Below, piece by piece: positions 37,299 through 45,195 of a DNA stretch of 64,000 nt. The stretch is taken from the NCBI RefSeq assembly GCF_039978735.1, contig NZ_JBDWAS010000058.1, forward strand, positions 525 to 64,524. Direction: 5' to 3'. A program made the translations under genes and the position numbers. A model generated the notes under the pieces. It saw nothing but the letters and a program-made list of their open reading frames with translations. It searched no databases and had not been told where the DNA came from. The stretch comes from Maricaulis sp. (GTDB lineage Bacteria; Pseudomonadota; Alphaproteobacteria; Caulobacterales; Maricaulaceae). Each line of letters opens with the position of its first letter. The stretch's first letter is position 1.

Positions 37299-38603
37299 AT
37301 GAGCGTACTCCGTCCCGACTTCCCCGACCATTCTTCGCCGTTTTCGCGCGAACAGGAGCGACAGCGCAAGGAGGCGGCCATCCTGTCGGCGGCGGCGCGG
37401 CGCTTTGACGCCGAAGGTGTCCATGCGACGCGGCTCGAGGACATCGCCGGGGATCTGGGGCTGACGAAGACCGGGATCAGCTATTATTTCGCGTCCAAGG
37501 AAGACCTGGCCGGCGAAGTTTACCGTGCAGCGGCGCGGGCCCTGGCCGAGGCGGTCGAGATTGCGCGTACGGCAGACGGTGCCGCCGCCCAGCTGCGCAA
37601 GCTGTTCGAGGTTTTCGCCGATCACATGCGGGCCGTGTCGGAAGGCCGGCGGCATAATCTCGCGGCGATGAATGATCTCGATGCGCTGGGGGACGAACTC
37701 CACGCGAGCATCGCGGCGGAGCTGTCGCGCTGCGTCTCGGACGTCAATAACATGATCGCCAGCTGGGTCCGGGAAAGCGGGGCGCCACTCGGACGGCCTG
37801 AACCGGCGACCTTCCTTGTTTTCGAGCTGCTCGACTGGATGGGGTCCTGGCCGCGGCGCAAGCGCGACTGGAATATCGACACGGCGGCAGACACACTCCT
37901 CGAGATCCTCGCCGGCGGTCTCAAGGCGGGCGGCGACTGGCAGCCGGCCGCCCTTCAGCCTGGATCGCCCGATGTCGGCGTGCCGCAGGTCTTTGACCGC
38001 GAAGCCCGCAACCGCATGAAGCGGGAAGCCTTCCTCAAGGCTGGCACGCGCTTCTTCAACAAGAAGGGCTTCGGCGGTGTTGCCCTGTCGGAAGTGGCCG
38101 CCTCGCTCGGGGTCACCCGCGGCGCGTTCTACTATCACATCCCCGACAAGGAGCAGCTGCTGGAGCAATGTCTCGAACGGTCCTTCACGGCTGTCGAGCA
38201 GGCGCTGGACCGGGCTGAGGGCGGCGGCCGTTCCGGGCTCGGTGTGATCGAGCATGCCATTCGCGACCTGATTTATCAGCAGGCCAGCGGTGTCACACCG
38301 TTGCTGCGGCCCTCGCTGGCCGCAGCCCTGCCGGAAGCGCGCCAGCGCCGGCATGCGGCCAGGCTGCGCAATATCGCCCGGCGCTTCGGCGACGCGCTGG
38401 AGCATGCCGTCGAGGCCGGTGAGGCGCGGCCGGTGGATATCCAGGCGGCCGAGCGCATCCTGACACACGCTGTCTTCCTGAATGGCGGCTACACGATTGC
38501 CGCCGCGAACAGTTTCACCGACTGGCGGATATCCGAAGATCCGCTCACCGCGACCATCGACTATGTCTACATCCTGATGCGTGGTCTGGGAGCCGGGCAG
38601 TGA
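37299..38603 (+). CDS. double TetR-family regulator (two TetR_N HTH domains in one chain)
   Basis: In frame in track ORF 37155..38603, with an ATG at 37299. HTH 1: AAARRFDAEGVHATRLEDIAGDLGLTKTGISYYFASKEDL. HTH 2: KAGTRFFNKKGFGGVALSEVAASLGVTRGAFYYHIPDKEQL. Confidence 0.8.
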   Translation: MSVLRPDFPDHSSPFSREQERQRKEAAILSAAARRFDAEGVHATRLEDIAGDLGLTKTGISYYFASKEDLAGEVYRAAARALAEAVEIARTADGAAAQLRKLFEVFADHMRAVSEGRRHNLAAMNDLDALGDELHASIAAELSRCVSDVNNMIASWVRESGAPLGRPEPATFLVFELLDWMGSWPRRKRDWNIDTAADTLLEILAGGLKAGGDWQPAALQPGSPDVGVPQVFDREARNRMKREAFLKAGTRFFNKKGFGGVALSEVAASLGVTRGAFYYHIPDKEQLLEQCLERSFTAVEQALDRAEGGGRSGLGVIEHAIRDLIYQQASGVTPLLRPSLAAALPEARQRRHAARLRNIARRFGDALEHAVEAGEARPVDIQAAERILTHAVFLNGGYTIAAANSFTDWRISEDPLTATIDYVYILMRGLGAGQ

Positions 38604-40006
38604 GCCGACTGCGGCAGGCGGTTTGCGCCGCGGTCATCCTGTGCGCGGGGCTGGCTCCCGGCGCTGCAGGCGCACAGTCTGAGAGTATCGAGGACGTCTT
38701 CTCGGATGCGCGGCTGAATGCCTATGTGCTGGAGATCGAGGCTGCCCTGGCGCGCGCCCAGGCGGCCGAAGGCGTGATCCCGCAATCGGCGGCTGACGCG
38801 ATCACGGCGGCAGCCCGGCCGGAAGCGGTTCCGGCAGATGCGCTGGCGGCGGAATATGCGATCGTCCGCCACCGCATGGTTGCCTTCCTCAACGTGTTTT
38901 CGCGCTCGCTCGACGCTGACGCGGCCAACTATCTCCACTATGGCGCGACCACGGTCGACATCTATGACACGGCGGCGATCCTGCAGGTGCGGCAGTCGAT
39001 CCTGCTTCTGATCGAGGACTTGCGGGCGATCGAGCTGCAGCTGATCGATCTTGCCGAGACGCACCGTGACACGCCGATGATCGGCCGCACGCTGGGCCAG
39101 CATGCCCTGCCGATCACGTTTGGCAAGAAAGTGTCCGGCTGGATCGGCGAGAACCGCCGTCATATCGAGCGCCTTGCCGACCTGCTCGACCGGGTCGAAC
39201 GGTCAGCCATCATGAAGGGCGCGGTCGGCAGCTATGTCGGTCTGGGCGACCGGGCCCAGGCGGTCGAGCGCCGGTTCGGTGAGGAACTGGGTCTGTCGGA
39301 ACCCTATGCCGATGACTGGCACGCCTCGCGCGACGTGTTTGCCGAATATGCCGTCACCCTGGGTCTGCTCGCGCGCTTTTACGGTCGGGTCGGGCAGGAG
39401 GTCTTCCTGTTGCAGATGACCGATATCGCGGAGGTTATCGAACAGCGCAGCAGCACGGCGGTCGGATCGAGCACGATGCCGCACAAGAATAATCCGTCCC
39501 TGTCCGAGGCGCTGATCCACTATTCCCGGACCATTCCGGCGCTGTCGGACATCGTCGCGGACGACATGATCAATTTCTTCGAGCGCGACAACACTTCGCG
39601 GCCCAATGACGCCATCGGCGAGCTGTCGATCGAAGCCGAGGACATGCTGTCCGCGGCCAACCGGCTTGTGGGGCGATTGCATGTCGACGCCGAAGCGATG
39701 CGCCGCAATCTGGATCGCTCCGGCGGCTGGATACTGTCGCAGCGTTTCGTGTTCGCGCTGGCGCCGCATATCGGCCGGACCGAAGCGGAGGAACTGATCC
39801 GCGATCTCGCCGCCGAGGCGCATGAAAACGGTGCCGGGCTTCGTGAGGCGGCGATGGAAAATGCCGTTATCCGCGAAGCGCTTGGCGAGGCGGAAGTCGA
39901 GGCCCTGCTGGATCCGGAAACCTATATCGGCCTGGCCGGAGAGCAGGTCGATGCCGTGATCGCCGCAGCGCGTGCGGCGCGCGAGACGGACCCGTCCGCC
40001 GACTGA
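38600..40006 (+). CDS. fumarase/aspartase-superfamily lyase (adenylosuccinate lyase / 3-carboxymuconate cycloisomerase-like) with an N-terminal signal-peptide-like extension
   Basis: 468 aa. The GTG start overlaps the TetR stop (GTGA). MSRLRQAVCAAVILCAGLAPGAAGA|QSE precedes the conserved core, which starts at DVFSDARLNAYVLEIEAALARAQ. Superfamily signature GSSTMPHKNNP. Confidence 0.8.
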   Translation: MSRLRQAVCAAVILCAGLAPGAAGAQSESIEDVFSDARLNAYVLEIEAALARAQAAEGVIPQSAADAITAAARPEAVPADALAAEYAIVRHRMVAFLNVFSRSLDADAANYLHYGATTVDIYDTAAILQVRQSILLLIEDLRAIELQLIDLAETHRDTPMIGRTLGQHALPITFGKKVSGWIGENRRHIERLADLLDRVERSAIMKGAVGSYVGLGDRAQAVERRFGEELGLSEPYADDWHASRDVFAEYAVTLGLLARFYGRVGQEVFLLQMTDIAEVIEQRSSTAVGSSTMPHKNNPSLSEALIHYSRTIPALSDIVADDMINFFERDNTSRPNDAIGELSIEAEDMLSAANRLVGRLHVDAEAMRRNLDRSGGWILSQRFVFALAPHIGRTEAEELIRDLAAEAHENGAGLREAAMENAVIREALGEAEVEALLDPETYIGLAGEQVDAVIAAARAARETDPSAD

Positions 40007-40145
40007 CAGACTCCACCGCATTCGATATGAGACACTCGACGCTCCGGATCGGGTACCTTGCGCCTGCATCGGCTCTGGTAGAGCATGCCGGACTGTCCTG
40101 GGACAGGGCGCCAGAGGGGGCGGCCGGCTGCGGGGAAGCGTAAGA

Positions 40146-40724
40146 ATGGTGGCGGCCGTCAGTGATGCCGTAAATGTGGAAGAGTTGTACCGCGTGCACG
40201 GGCGGCGCGTGCGCTGGATCGTGTGGCGCATTGTCGGCAATGCCCAGGATGCGGACGACATCACCCACGCCGCGTTCGAGCGCCTGCTCGAGGTTGATGG
40301 CGATACCGGACCGGTGCGGAATGAGGGCGCGTTCGTCACGACGATCGCGACCAATCTTGCGCGAAACCATCTGCGGCACTGCAATACGGTGCGGCGCCAT
40401 TCTGCCGCAGTAGCGCATCATTACAGTGACGTTATTGCCCCATTCGCACCGCCTGCGGACACCATAACGGATGAAGAACGTGACATGGCCCGGCGCGCGG
40501 CCCTGTCCGAAGCCATCGGGCAGCTGCCGCCGAAATGCCGGCACGCCTTCGTGCTTTGCAAGCTGAAGGGGATGACCTATCAGCAGGCCGCAGAGCGGAT
40601 GGGTATTTCGATCCACATGGTCAAGAAACACGTTCAGCGCGGCATGGCGCGTCTGGCCGAGCATCTGCACGGGATGCCGGACGGGAACGGGGATACAGCA
40701 AGGGCGGCGAACGATGCCGGCTGA
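40146..40724 (+). CDS. ECF (FecI-like) RNA polymerase sigma factor
   Basis: In frame in track ORF 39972..40724, with an ATG at 40146. Region 2: DADDITHAAFERLL. Region 4: LPPKCRHAFVLCKLKGMTYQQAAERMGISIHMVKKHVQRG. Confidence 0.85.
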   Translation: MVAAVSDAVNVEELYRVHGRRVRWIVWRIVGNAQDADDITHAAFERLLEVDGDTGPVRNEGAFVTTIATNLARNHLRHCNTVRRHSAAVAHHYSDVIAPFAPPADTITDEERDMARRAALSEAIGQLPPKCRHAFVLCKLKGMTYQQAAERMGISIHMVKKHVQRGMARLAEHLHGMPDGNGDTARAANDAG

Positions 40725-41760
40725 TCGCGATATGAACATCTTCGACACCGCCTCTGTCTGGGCCGAGCGTCTTATGGCCGACGGTGCGCTGGACGCAGCC
40801 GTCGAAGCCGAGCTGGAAGCCTGGTTGCAGGCCGATCCGCAGCACCAGGCGGCACTCAATGCCTGTCTCGAGCTCGAGGGCATGATCGATGCCGCGCACG
40901 GCAGCGACTGGGCCGACGGTCTGATCGCCGCCACCGAGGCGGAACTGACGGCGGACGAGGCGCCCGGCCGTCCGGCCTGGATCGTGCCGGCCGTGATCGG
41001 CATGGCGGCGATGCTCGCCCTGGCGATTGCCTTGCCTGTGTGGACAGGCATGCTGGGCGGGGATCGGCCGACTGACATTGACGGAGCTGTGCAGGTCGCG
41101 GCTCTGGAAACCTATTCCACGGCGCGGGGTGACCGGCAGGAGATCGCCCTGCCGGACGGGTCGGTGATGACGCTGAACACCGGTTCCCGGGTCACGACGG
41201 CTTTTGCCACCGATGAGCGCCGGGTCGTGCTGGAAGCGGGGGAGGCCCTGTTCGAGGTTTCGCACGATCCCTCGCGGCCCTTCATCGTCGAGGCGGGCGG
41301 ACACGAAGTCCGGGCCGTGGGCACCGCGTTCAACGTCTATTCCCGCGATGACGGGCGTACGGTTGTGACGGTGGTCGAGGGTCTGGTGCAGACGCGGATC
41401 GAGAGCGGTCCGGCATCGGCGGCCCTGCTGCGCGCCGGTGACCAGGTCGAGCTTGTGCCGGGTGAGCCGGCGCCCGAACCGGCGCGGGTCGATGTCGTCG
41501 CTGCGACCGCGTGGCGTCAGGGGCGGCTTGTGTTCGACGGGCGACGCCTGAGCGAGGTGGTCAGTGAATTCCGCCGCTACAACGATCTCGACATTGCCTT
41601 CGCCGACGGGCAGCTGGGCGAATTGCAGATCTCAGGCTCCTTCGACCCGTCCGACAGCGAGGCGTTCCTGGCGGCCCTGTCGGCGACCGAGTCGCTGCGC
41701 ATCGAGCGGGTTGGCGACGGTATCCGGATCCACGCGTCCGAGGGAAATATACAACCCTGA
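40714..41760 (+). CDS. FecR-family anti-sigma factor / sensor
   Basis: 348 aa. Central TM AWIVPAVIGMAAMLALAIAL. FecR motif IALPDGSVMTLNTGSRV. Overlaps the sigma gene by 11 nt. Confidence 0.85.
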   Translation: MPADRDMNIFDTASVWAERLMADGALDAAVEAELEAWLQADPQHQAALNACLELEGMIDAAHGSDWADGLIAATEAELTADEAPGRPAWIVPAVIGMAAMLALAIALPVWTGMLGGDRPTDIDGAVQVAALETYSTARGDRQEIALPDGSVMTLNTGSRVTTAFATDERRVVLEAGEALFEVSHDPSRPFIVEAGGHEVRAVGTAFNVYSRDDGRTVVTVVEGLVQTRIESGPASAALLRAGDQVELVPGEPAPEPARVDVVAATAWRQGRLVFDGRRLSEVVSEFRRYNDLDIAFADGQLGELQISGSFDPSDSEAFLAALSATESLRIERVGDGIRIHASEGNIQP

Positions 41761-41812
41761 CTGGCCCGCACGTGCATCTTCCGGCAGCAATGCGACATTT
41801 CGGTAACAGCGA

Positions 41813-41843
41813 TGTCACATGGCTTCTGGCAAGTTGTCACATG
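41813..41843 (+). promoter_or_regulatory. 9-nt perfect direct repeat spaced 22 nt, at the expected position of the ECF-dependent promoter
   Basis: TGTCACATG at 41813-41821 and again at 41835-41843. GGTAAC lies at 41802-41807. The element sits between the FecR stop and the TBDR start. Confidence 0.35.
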
Positions 41844-41908
41844 AGGGGGATCGGGCGTCCCCGTATCGAGGTGCGGGGATGCGCGTCAGCGGCAGGACAT
41901 CAGTCAGG

Positions 41909-44900
41909 ATGAAAGGCGTCCGGGCAGCCCTCCTCGGTGCGCTGCTCCCGGTGATGATGCCGCACGTCCCGGCTGTGTCCCAGGAGACGCAAACCGCCGC
42001 GCCGGACGCTTTCAGCTTCGACATTCCGGCCGGACCGCTGGGGCCCGCGCTGTCGCGCTTTGCCCTGGTGACGAGCCATCAATTGCTGGCGGAATCGCAT
42101 CTGGTCGCCGGTGTGCAGACCCGGGGTGCCGAGGGGCAGTATTCCGCCGAGGAAGGGCTCGAACGGCTACTCGCCGGAACCGGGCTGGAGTTCAGCACCG
42201 TCGATGCCCGGACCCATGTGCTCGGGCGGCGCTCCGGCAATCCGTCCGCGGGTGTGTCTACGGATGCGCGGCCCGGCATTGTCCGCCTGTCCGGGCACCC
42301 GGTGAGTGACGATCCGGCCGGAACGCCCGCGGCGTCCGCTTATATCGATCCGCAGGAAGTGATCCTGGTCACCGGGTCGCGCTTCGAGCGGGCCGGGCGG
42401 GCGGCGGTGCTGCCGGTGCAGGTGATCGGCCGCACGGCGCTGGAAACCTCGGGCGCTATCGAGATCGGCGAGATGATCGCCAGCCAGTCGCCGGCGACGC
42501 TGGAGTTCTCCAACGCCTCCACGCATCTCAGCGCCCAGAATGCCGGCCTGTCCTCGATCGGGCTGCGCGGTCTGGGCACGACGCGCACGCTGGTCCTGAT
42601 CGACGGGCGGCGCACGGTGGCAAACAGCGGCAATGCCAGCCGCTTCGGCTCGGACACCATCCCGGCGGAGTTTGTCGAGCGGGTGGAAATCTCCACCGGC
42701 GGCGCGTCTGCGGTCTATGGCTCGGATGCGATTGCGGGCGTGGTCAATTTCGTCCTGATCGACAGTCTGGAAGGCGGCCGCCTGCTCGCCCAGGCCGGCA
42801 TGACCCAGGACGGCGGCGGTCAGTATCACGTGCTCAGCGCTACGCAGGGCTGGCGGTTCGGTGATGGCCGGGGGCGCCTCCTGTTCAACGTCACCCGTGA
42901 CCACATGCGCCGTATCGGTGCCGAGGACCGCGACTGGGCGCAGGTTCCGGTCAGCCTGGCGGGCGATGGCGAGACGCTGGAAGCGGACCTGTCGAGCTAT
43001 ACGCCGGGCGGACGCTTCATCGGCTATGACTTCTGGTATGACGAGGCCGGGCTGCAGACGGATTTCGATATCGCTGTCGATGGCTATGACACCCGCTCCT
43101 TCGCCACGATCTCGGTGCCGCGCGAGCGGGACCTGTTCGCGCTGAAACTCGACTATGATTTCGATGGCGGCGTGTCGGCCTATTTTACGGGCCTGTTCTC
43201 GCACAGCGAGAGCCTGTCCTCGCGGGAAGCCCAGACCGCCTATTACAATGAGCGCTTCGGGCTCGACAATGAGCGGATCGGCATGATTCCGGTGGACCAT
43301 CCGCTGGTGCCCGAACCGATCCGCCAGGCCGCGCTGGACGGGGGATTGTCCGGCATCACCTGGCGCCGGCGTTTCAGCGAGCTGGGCGAGGAATACCGCC
43401 GGAACGACCGGACGACACAGCGCTTCTGGGCCGGGCTGCAGGGCGAGGCGGGTATCTGGAGCTGGGACATCGCCCTGGGCCACGGCCGCTACGACCAGGA
43501 TCAGCTGCGCAGCGGCGAGGTGAATTACGCCCGCATCCGAAACGCTCTGGACATTGAGGCCGATCCGGCGAGTCCCGGCAATTATCGCTGTGTCAGCGCC
43601 GCTGCGCGCGCCGCCGGGTGTGCGCCTCTGGACATGTTCGGCGTGAATGCGATCTCGGCAGAGGCGGCCGACTATATCCGCGCCACCGACCGGCTGGAGG
43701 TCGAGGTCGAGCAATGGACGCTGGGCGGGTCGGCGTTGGGCGATGTCGCGCTGCCGGACGGGCGTGTGATCTCGCTGGCCTGGGGGGCGGAACACCGTGT
43801 CGACAGCCAGCGCACGCGCGGCGATGCGGCGGCGCTGAACCGCGAGACCGGCTATGTCGGCGTTCCCGATCTGGATGCGGTTGGCCATGCGAGCGAAGTC
43901 TTCGCAGAGGCCCTGGTGCCGGTTGTCCCGGACCGTTTCGACGTAACCGCAGCCGTGCGCCTGGCCCATTATGATATCGACCGGGTCGGCCTTGTCGGCA
44001 GCTATCGCCTCGGCGGTGTGTGGTCGCCCAGTGATGCGCTGGCTTTCCGCGGACAGGTCTCCCGTGCCCAGCGTGCGCCCAGCCTGACCGAGCTCTATTC
44101 CGGGCCGCGCGGCGACTATGACACCGTCAGCGACCCCTGCCACGGCGTGACCGGCGCGAGTTCCGGCCGGATCGCCGAAAACTGCCGCTCCGAGCCGGGT
44201 ATTGCCCGGGCGATCGCCGAGGACGGCATCTACGAGCAGACGATCACCAGCGTCTATGCGCCCAATTCGGGCAATCCGGATCTCGAGGAAGAGCGCTCGG
44301 ATGCCGTCACGCTGGGGCTGGTCTACACACCGGTGCGGGCCGAAGGGCTCAGCCTGTCCGTCGATCTCTACGACATCCGGGTGTCCGGTGCGATCTCGTC
44401 CCTGTCCAGCCGGGCGCTGCTGTCGGAATGTTATGGCGCGCCGGTCGCGATATCCGCCAACCGGTATTGCGCCGACATCCAGCGCGGCGAGACGGGCCAG
44501 CTGCTGGAGATGCAGAACCGCGTCGCCAATCTCAACGAGATCCGGTCTGCCGGAGCCGACGTGACGCTGGACTATGCCTGGCAGGTGTCGCCCGCCTCGA
44601 TCTGGGCCGGTGACTGGGATTTGCGGATTCTCTACGCCTATACCGACCGTCTCGAGCAGGTGTTTGAAGGCTCGGACGGCGATGTCAGCCGATCGGTCTG
44701 GGACGGCGAGGTTGGCGCGCCGCACCATCGCTGGACAGCGCGCCTGGGCGTGACGCGCGGGCCCTGGCTGGTGCAGTGGCGGGTGCGCTATGAGGGGGCG
44801 GCAATCGACGGGCATGACCGCGCCGCAAAGGCCAATGCCGGGGATATGCTCTTCCTCGAAATCGATCCGTGGATGCAGCACGACCTGCATGTGCGCTATC

Positions 44901-45070
44901 TCGCCGGCGCTGATGGCCGGCTGCAGATTTTCGGCGGCATCAACAATGTCTTCCACGATTACGGCCCCTTCCTGCCAAGTGGCACGGAAAGCGGCGGCCG
45001 GCGCAATTTCAGTCCGGGCTATGATGCAGCCGGGCGGCGCGTCTATGCCGGTATCCGGGCGCGCTGGTAG
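41909..45070 (+). CDS. TonB-dependent receptor with N-terminal STN signalling domain (FecA-like transducer)
   Basis: Track ORF 41819..45070. I prefer the ATG at 41909 (MKGVRAALLGALLPVMMPHVPAVSQE); 41879 is also possible. STN: FDIPAGPLGPALSRFALVTSHQLL..LLAGTGLEFSTVD. Plug: IEISTGGASAVYGSDAIAGVVNFVL. C-terminal GIRARW. Confidence 0.85.
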   Translation: MKGVRAALLGALLPVMMPHVPAVSQETQTAAPDAFSFDIPAGPLGPALSRFALVTSHQLLAESHLVAGVQTRGAEGQYSAEEGLERLLAGTGLEFSTVDARTHVLGRRSGNPSAGVSTDARPGIVRLSGHPVSDDPAGTPAASAYIDPQEVILVTGSRFERAGRAAVLPVQVIGRTALETSGAIEIGEMIASQSPATLEFSNASTHLSAQNAGLSSIGLRGLGTTRTLVLIDGRRTVANSGNASRFGSDTIPAEFVERVEISTGGASAVYGSDAIAGVVNFVLIDSLEGGRLLAQAGMTQDGGGQYHVLSATQGWRFGDGRGRLLFNVTRDHMRRIGAEDRDWAQVPVSLAGDGETLEADLSSYTPGGRFIGYDFWYDEAGLQTDFDIAVDGYDTRSFATISVPRERDLFALKLDYDFDGGVSAYFTGLFSHSESLSSREAQTAYYNERFGLDNERIGMIPVDHPLVPEPIRQAALDGGLSGITWRRRFSELGEEYRRNDRTTQRFWAGLQGEAGIWSWDIALGHGRYDQDQLRSGEVNYARIRNALDIEADPASPGNYRCVSAAARAAGCAPLDMFGVNAISAEAADYIRATDRLEVEVEQWTLGGSALGDVALPDGRVISLAWGAEHRVDSQRTRGDAAALNRETGYVGVPDLDAVGHASEVFAEALVPVVPDRFDVTAAVRLAHYDIDRVGLVGSYRLGGVWSPSDALAFRGQVSRAQRAPSLTELYSGPRGDYDTVSDPCHGVTGASSGRIAENCRSEPGIARAIAEDGIYEQTITSVYAPNSGNPDLEEERSDAVTLGLVYTPVRAEGLSLSVDLYDIRVSGAISSLSSRALLSECYGAPVAISANRYCADIQRGETGQLLEMQNRVANLNEIRSAGADVTLDYAWQVSPASIWAGDWDLRILYAYTDRLEQVFEGSDGDVSRSVWDGEVGAPHHRWTARLGVTRGPWLVQWRVRYEGAAIDGHDRAAKANAGDMLFLEIDPWMQHDLHVRYLAGADGRLQIFGGINNVFHDYGPFLPSGTESGGRRNFSPGYDAAGRRVYAGIRARW

Positions 45071-45195
45071 GCCGCCGCCATCTTTTTCTCAAAATTTGTG
45101 ACAACCCGGGTACCCGATGCGGTCCCTTGCGTGTCTCCCCTCTACCAACACTACGCGCAGTCGAGGGGACGGTGCGAAAAACAAGGGGATTTCCG

